DNA of 64,000 nucleotides from Microthyrium microscopicum (taxonomy: Eukaryota): assembly GCA_010405405.1 (NCBI GenBank), contig MU004234.1, forward strand, positions 540,993 to 604,992, given 5' to 3'. The number at the start of each line of letters is the position of its first letter. The first letter of the stretch is position 1. Under the pieces are notes generated by a model. That model worked only from the letters and a program-made list of their open reading frames with translations. It did no database searches and was not told where the DNA came from. Positions 59,176-64,000 of this stretch are shown piece after piece. Both the position numbers and the translations under genes were made by a program.

Positions 59176-62100
59176 ATGGAATTTATGAGAACTTGCGGTA
59201 CAGGAATACAGGTGCTGGTACGTTTAGAATATCCCTGATGTCTAATAAGAGCTTTACTGATTACGTTTAGGCAGGATGGACGACCCTCTCATATCACTTG
59301 TACGGCCTCGAAGATCACAAACCTGACAACAAGGATGTCGAAGGCAGTCCGGCAGATGAACTGGCGCTACTCGACCGGCTCATGGGAATAGAACACCTCG
59401 TCCGGAAGCGAAATTACATAGCGCAGGTAGATGTCGACAGCCGAACTGTATTCGTCTTTTGGTCAGCTACAGGACAAGGCGACTTTGCCGCAAAGCCTCC
59501 TAATCTTGGTCAACTTCCACCAGAGGAAACCCGGAATGTCGAGCGCATTGCTGACGGAACTTTTAATGCGGTAGACCTCGCATCATCAAACACTCTTCGC
59601 CGAGTTGCAACAAGTACGCCTAGCTTCGCTGCAGGACTTCAAACATTACTTCGACCAAGCGAGATCTATGCCAGGTTTTTAGCAGCGCTAAGCAGTACTA
59701 TTGCCTACCGTATTGCTCGGCATTCTCTTTTTCTTCCACTGTCAGACAAGCTCTTTGTCCCCAGATCAAACCAGTCCTCCGCAGGTTTGCTTGGACATGC
59801 CTTGAAACCGTTGAAGGCACTACAAATATCAATAAATCTCAGCGGATCTGGACTTTTGGCCATTTCGACGTCCCCAGAATCTACCGTGGCAGTATACAGA
59901 CCGAACGGGCCAAAATATCCAGCCCACAGCCTAGTCCTAATGGCCCCTATTTGGAGAGTTGCTGTGTGCCTGGACCACGCAGATGACAGCTTCAGTTCAC
60001 CGCCAGTCATATTATGGCGACAATTGGTTATCTTGTGGCTTGAACGCCGCGGGATCTCAATTGAGAATGGAGAGCACCAACAAAGCTGGATTGGTCTGAG
60101 GCTAACCACTGTCAAGCTCAAGGCAAATCAGGACAAAGTGTTTTTTTGGCCTACGTCTCTTTGCTTCGGTTTTAATGGGCCAACCGAGTATCCAGATCAT
60201 GAGTTTGCTACTACTTTGTTGTCTGAGCTACCTGGATCCGATAACCTTGGCCGTCCAAAGAGTGATAGCTTCAGTCCTCTAGAGTTTGCGGAAGTATGGG
60301 CCCAGGACGAAAGAGACAGAGCTAGTCGCATTGCGTCTAAAAGGCAGAAAAAGAATGAAGAAGCAATGGCCAAGACGATACAAATGGCATCACCAATTGC
60401 AAACAGACCCTTGGTCTACGGAGAAGGACTAGGCCTTAATGGTGTCTATCCCACCCCTCCTGATGGTCTTTCTACGCAACAGGGACAATCTTCTGCAGGG
60501 GCAGACCCAGTGGTTTATTCAACTGATCGGTCAATTAGTAACTTGCCTCGAGGCGTGAAGGATACAGCCATGGAGATTGATACAATTGGCCATGCTGACG
60601 ACATGCATGATGATTTATTCAATGACGAGATGGACGAAGATATGTTTGCAGAGACTGACATTGGTGATGGTGATTTCAATTTTTTTGACCAAGCTGATGA
60701 ATTTGATGACTCTCCAGCACCCAAACTGGAGCGTACAGTCTTAAGTAACCACGATCTCAACCTTGATTCGGCCCACGCTGGTGCCCAAGACGATACATTA
60801 TCTGACCGAAAACATGTTCTTTCGGAGATAACACTTCCACATGTAGGAAAGATAACCAACGAGATGAGTACCACCGGAAATATATCGACAATCGCCCTGG
60901 AGGTCGGTCCTACAACCCCAGATCCTCTTGATCCTGCAGAGGTGCTTAGGCGACTTTTTGCACTTGGAACAATGAGCGAAAGGAAATCACAAGTCTCCAG
61001 CGGTTTTGGACCACTCAAATTCAATACCGTCTTGACAGGGAATCAAGAGCAGTATAATAAATCTGGACCTTTTCATGTCAAGATGCCTACCGCAGTCCCA
61101 CAAAAACGCTCATCAGATGAACGACCGGAGGATCTGGATAGTCAGTTACCTGCCAAGCTGATAAAGAAGGCTCGCGAAAGTGGCCTCGTTACAACAGGAT
61201 TGTTTCCAAGTGGCAGAGTCGTCGGTGACGATGATGGAGAGTCAGATGATGGGACAGACGTAATATCTGATCTTCGGTCTGAATCCACTGGTGGCGATGC
61301 AATGTCTGTTGCATTTGAAACCCAGTCTCAGCAGCAACTGCAAGGACCAGAAAGCCGCACTGAAGAACAGCCATCGGAATCAAAGCAGGTGTGTGACTAC
61401 AGCCTCATGCCAACTTGTTGGACTAACCATCTGCCTTAGATGCTGAATTTTCGCGCTATCGTTCTACAACCTAGTTTCTCTTCAACCGTAGGCGTATCCA
61501 GATATCTGACCTCTAGTCTCCAGAAAGCTTGGTCACCTTGGACACTTAAAACAATTCCTCAGAAAAGTCATCTTAAGTTCGATCGAAATTTCATCACAGC
61601 TGCTCAGATAGTAGCAGAACAGCTTATATATACAACTCTCGGTATTTGCACCAACTTACCATATGGGCAAGGCTAATGATCATTAGATCGAGGACTCTGC
61701 TTTAGTAGTACGCCGAGACCAGATGACATGCTCGATCAAATGCAAACCTCGTCCATGCTTTCCAACTTCCAGCGAATGGTGAGAAAAGCATTAGGAGCAA
61801 GCCAAGTGTGTAGCCTAATGAAATATACTACACTTCAAGATACTCCACAGGAGCCTCCCCATGGAACGAAGCTCCCACCTCGCCCAGTCCTACCAAGGAC
61901 CCCGACTGGGACTAGAGGGGACACGGGGCTCCCAGGTAGGCCAGACACAGTTTGAAGATCGATCGATCATTAACGAGAGTAGGAGGCCCCACGAAACATG
62001 CGATTCCTTTCCTGAGGATTAGGAGAAGTGATTCTTTATGGGATATGCTACCACCATCCATCACCTTCTGGGATATACTTGGCTTGGCACCTATAAACGG

Positions 62101-63766
62101 GCCCAAGAATATTTCTTTCTACACCATCTATCCATTTAGCGCGACTCTGGAGAGCATCACAGACCGATTTATGCAGGAACTCGGACAATGTTATGAATCA
62201 TCAAAGTTAGGAGCTCATGCACCTGGACCACCAATTTTAGATCAGCCCAAAAGCTTCATTCCGTGGAGTCTGGGAGCGGAATCATCTTTGGCTGATATTG
62301 AGGAGTCCTTGAAAAAGCTTTGCAGTGTCATCGGCTCTAAGCTAGCACTGGTTGATCACGAAAGCAAGCCCATTCCACAATCAAGGCAACATATCAACAA
62401 GAACAACGTCGAGAGCTTCGTTATTTACGTTATCAATCCCTTTGAGGATATTGCTGCATTATCGGCTATATCATCAGCATTTGTGGCTCTATGTAACTCT
62501 TATCGGCTGGCGAAAACACCATCGTTCCGAACTCGTAAAGCCGATGTTGTCCTACAAATCGTACCAATGTCTGTCATGGCAAAGCTTGGACATTATGTCT
62601 TGCTTGACAGCGATAGACTTCGAAATCTAGCGCGGGAAGTCTATGATCGATGTCCAGTGGCTTCCTCTGAAGATGTCGGAGCACTGCCCATCTGTAGTGG
62701 GTCTTCAATTCAACTTACAGAGTCATTACCTCGCAAGATTGCTTTTGAGCTCACGGGAGACCCGCCATCGAACATCATGCACAATCCATCTCAATTTTAT
62801 CTTGGATATGCAAGAAGCGAAAGTGGAAACTGGGTGACGGCTGCGTTTACAGACAACGCTGGCCGGTATCAGGCAGTTGTCTCTTACTGCCTAACTGGAT
62901 CTCGGACCTTCTTGGATATCGCAAAAGAGCTATGGGAAACCTGTATAGACATAATGCGACATCGCAAAGTCAATTGGCGACTATGTATCTCCCGAGCCCA
63001 TGCTATGCCCCCAGAGGAATTGGAGGCATGGGCAAGTGTAGCAGCACCACAACAAGCTCTGCCTTTGATTGCTCTTCTATGCTCTGTCGACATCAATCCC
63101 CCAATTGCTCTCATCCCTTCTATCACACTGCCATCAACACCTCCGCCAAGCGGCGCAAGCCGTCCATACACTCAAACACCTATAGGAACCCCTATTACTC
63201 AACAAGTGGTATCACCAGATCCAGGTGCCAACACACCGACTGGCACACCTTCAGATAATGTAGCAGCTGAAGCATTGAACGATCCAGATTCACACTTGGT
63301 CGACACAACCGACGAAACATATAGTATAATAATCTCCCACCGACTCAACCTCCAAACACCCGGTACCCAAACATTCCATCAAGCACTTTCCAGTGCCTAC
63401 TTAATCCACGTGCCGCCCTCTCAACCCACAGTCAACCCATTCAATCATCAAGAAGTCCTTGACCCATCAACAGCACATTGCATTGCCGTCCACCTCCTCT
63501 TTGCCAACAACTCTGGCAAGGCTCCGGACAATGCCAACGCCGCTGTGGTCCTTAACAGTTCGTCCAATGTCCCTAAAGTCGCATCCGATAACATCATGCG
63601 CGAAATCCTCGGCCCCTTCCGCAATCTTGCACTGCTCGCAAAAGTCAGAGGCCTCAAGGACGGCAAAGGAGGTATAATCCCCTGGCACATCCTTGCGGCA
63701 CTCAAAGGCGTCGAAGGCCTGGATGCAGTATATGGAATGGAGAGATGGACACCCAGCGGTACATAA
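59176..63766 (+). CDS. SSN2: Mediator subunit Med13/Ssn2 (exons 59176-59217, 59271-61388, 61440-61641, 61687-61935, 61983-63766)
   Basis: FFWPTSLCF, GVYPTPPD, DFNFFD, FWDILGLAPINGPKNI, EVYDRC, WVTAAFTD..G and IPWHI motifs; four GT-AG introns all keep the frame. Confidence 0.9.
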
Positions 63767-64000
63767 ATTACATTACCCAATACAATTATAAACATCATAT
63801 CTCATATCCAGTCTGTTAATATATTCTCGGCCAATAACTCACCTCTCGGCTACGTTCCGGATCTTACAAGGGCATTTCTGCTCTGAGACGTGACTGTCCG
63901 GGTGTTCGGTACGTGAACTGGCTATATGCATACTACTATCGCGACGTGTCAAACTCTTCAGATCCATCGCAAGACACTGACTAGCTATTCCTCTTTCCCA

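Overview
Eukaryotic, intron-containing DNA from a filamentous ascomycete (Pezizomycotina; Dothideomycete-like by my impression, not verified). Introns are mostly 45-110 nt with GT-AG ends and CTRAC/CTAAC branch sites. About 25 protein-coding genes can be supported. Conserved housekeeping genes (IKS1-type kinase, YKE4/ZIP7 zinc transporter, SGF29, PMI40, COX24/mS38, dynactin p25, ARF6, REX3, ENP2/NOL10, MED13) alternate with lineage-specific or accessory genes. The accessory set comprises four paralogues of a Cys/His-rich F-box family, a fifth unrelated F-box gene, an Mx/dynamin-like GTPase, a HET-domain protein, an ADP-ribosyltransferase-like protein, GH28, a PTH11-like receptor and several surface proteins. 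The most notable signal is in the Mx/dynamin-like gene: its otherwise open frame is broken by a single in-frame UAG (4634-4636, minus strand) that sits in the apical loop of a hand-folded imperfect hairpin, a candidate for restorative A-to-I editing (UAG to UGG) or readthrough. No tRNA, rRNA, transposon or CRISPR feature was recognised. Exon boundaries were derived by hand and no database searches were run.
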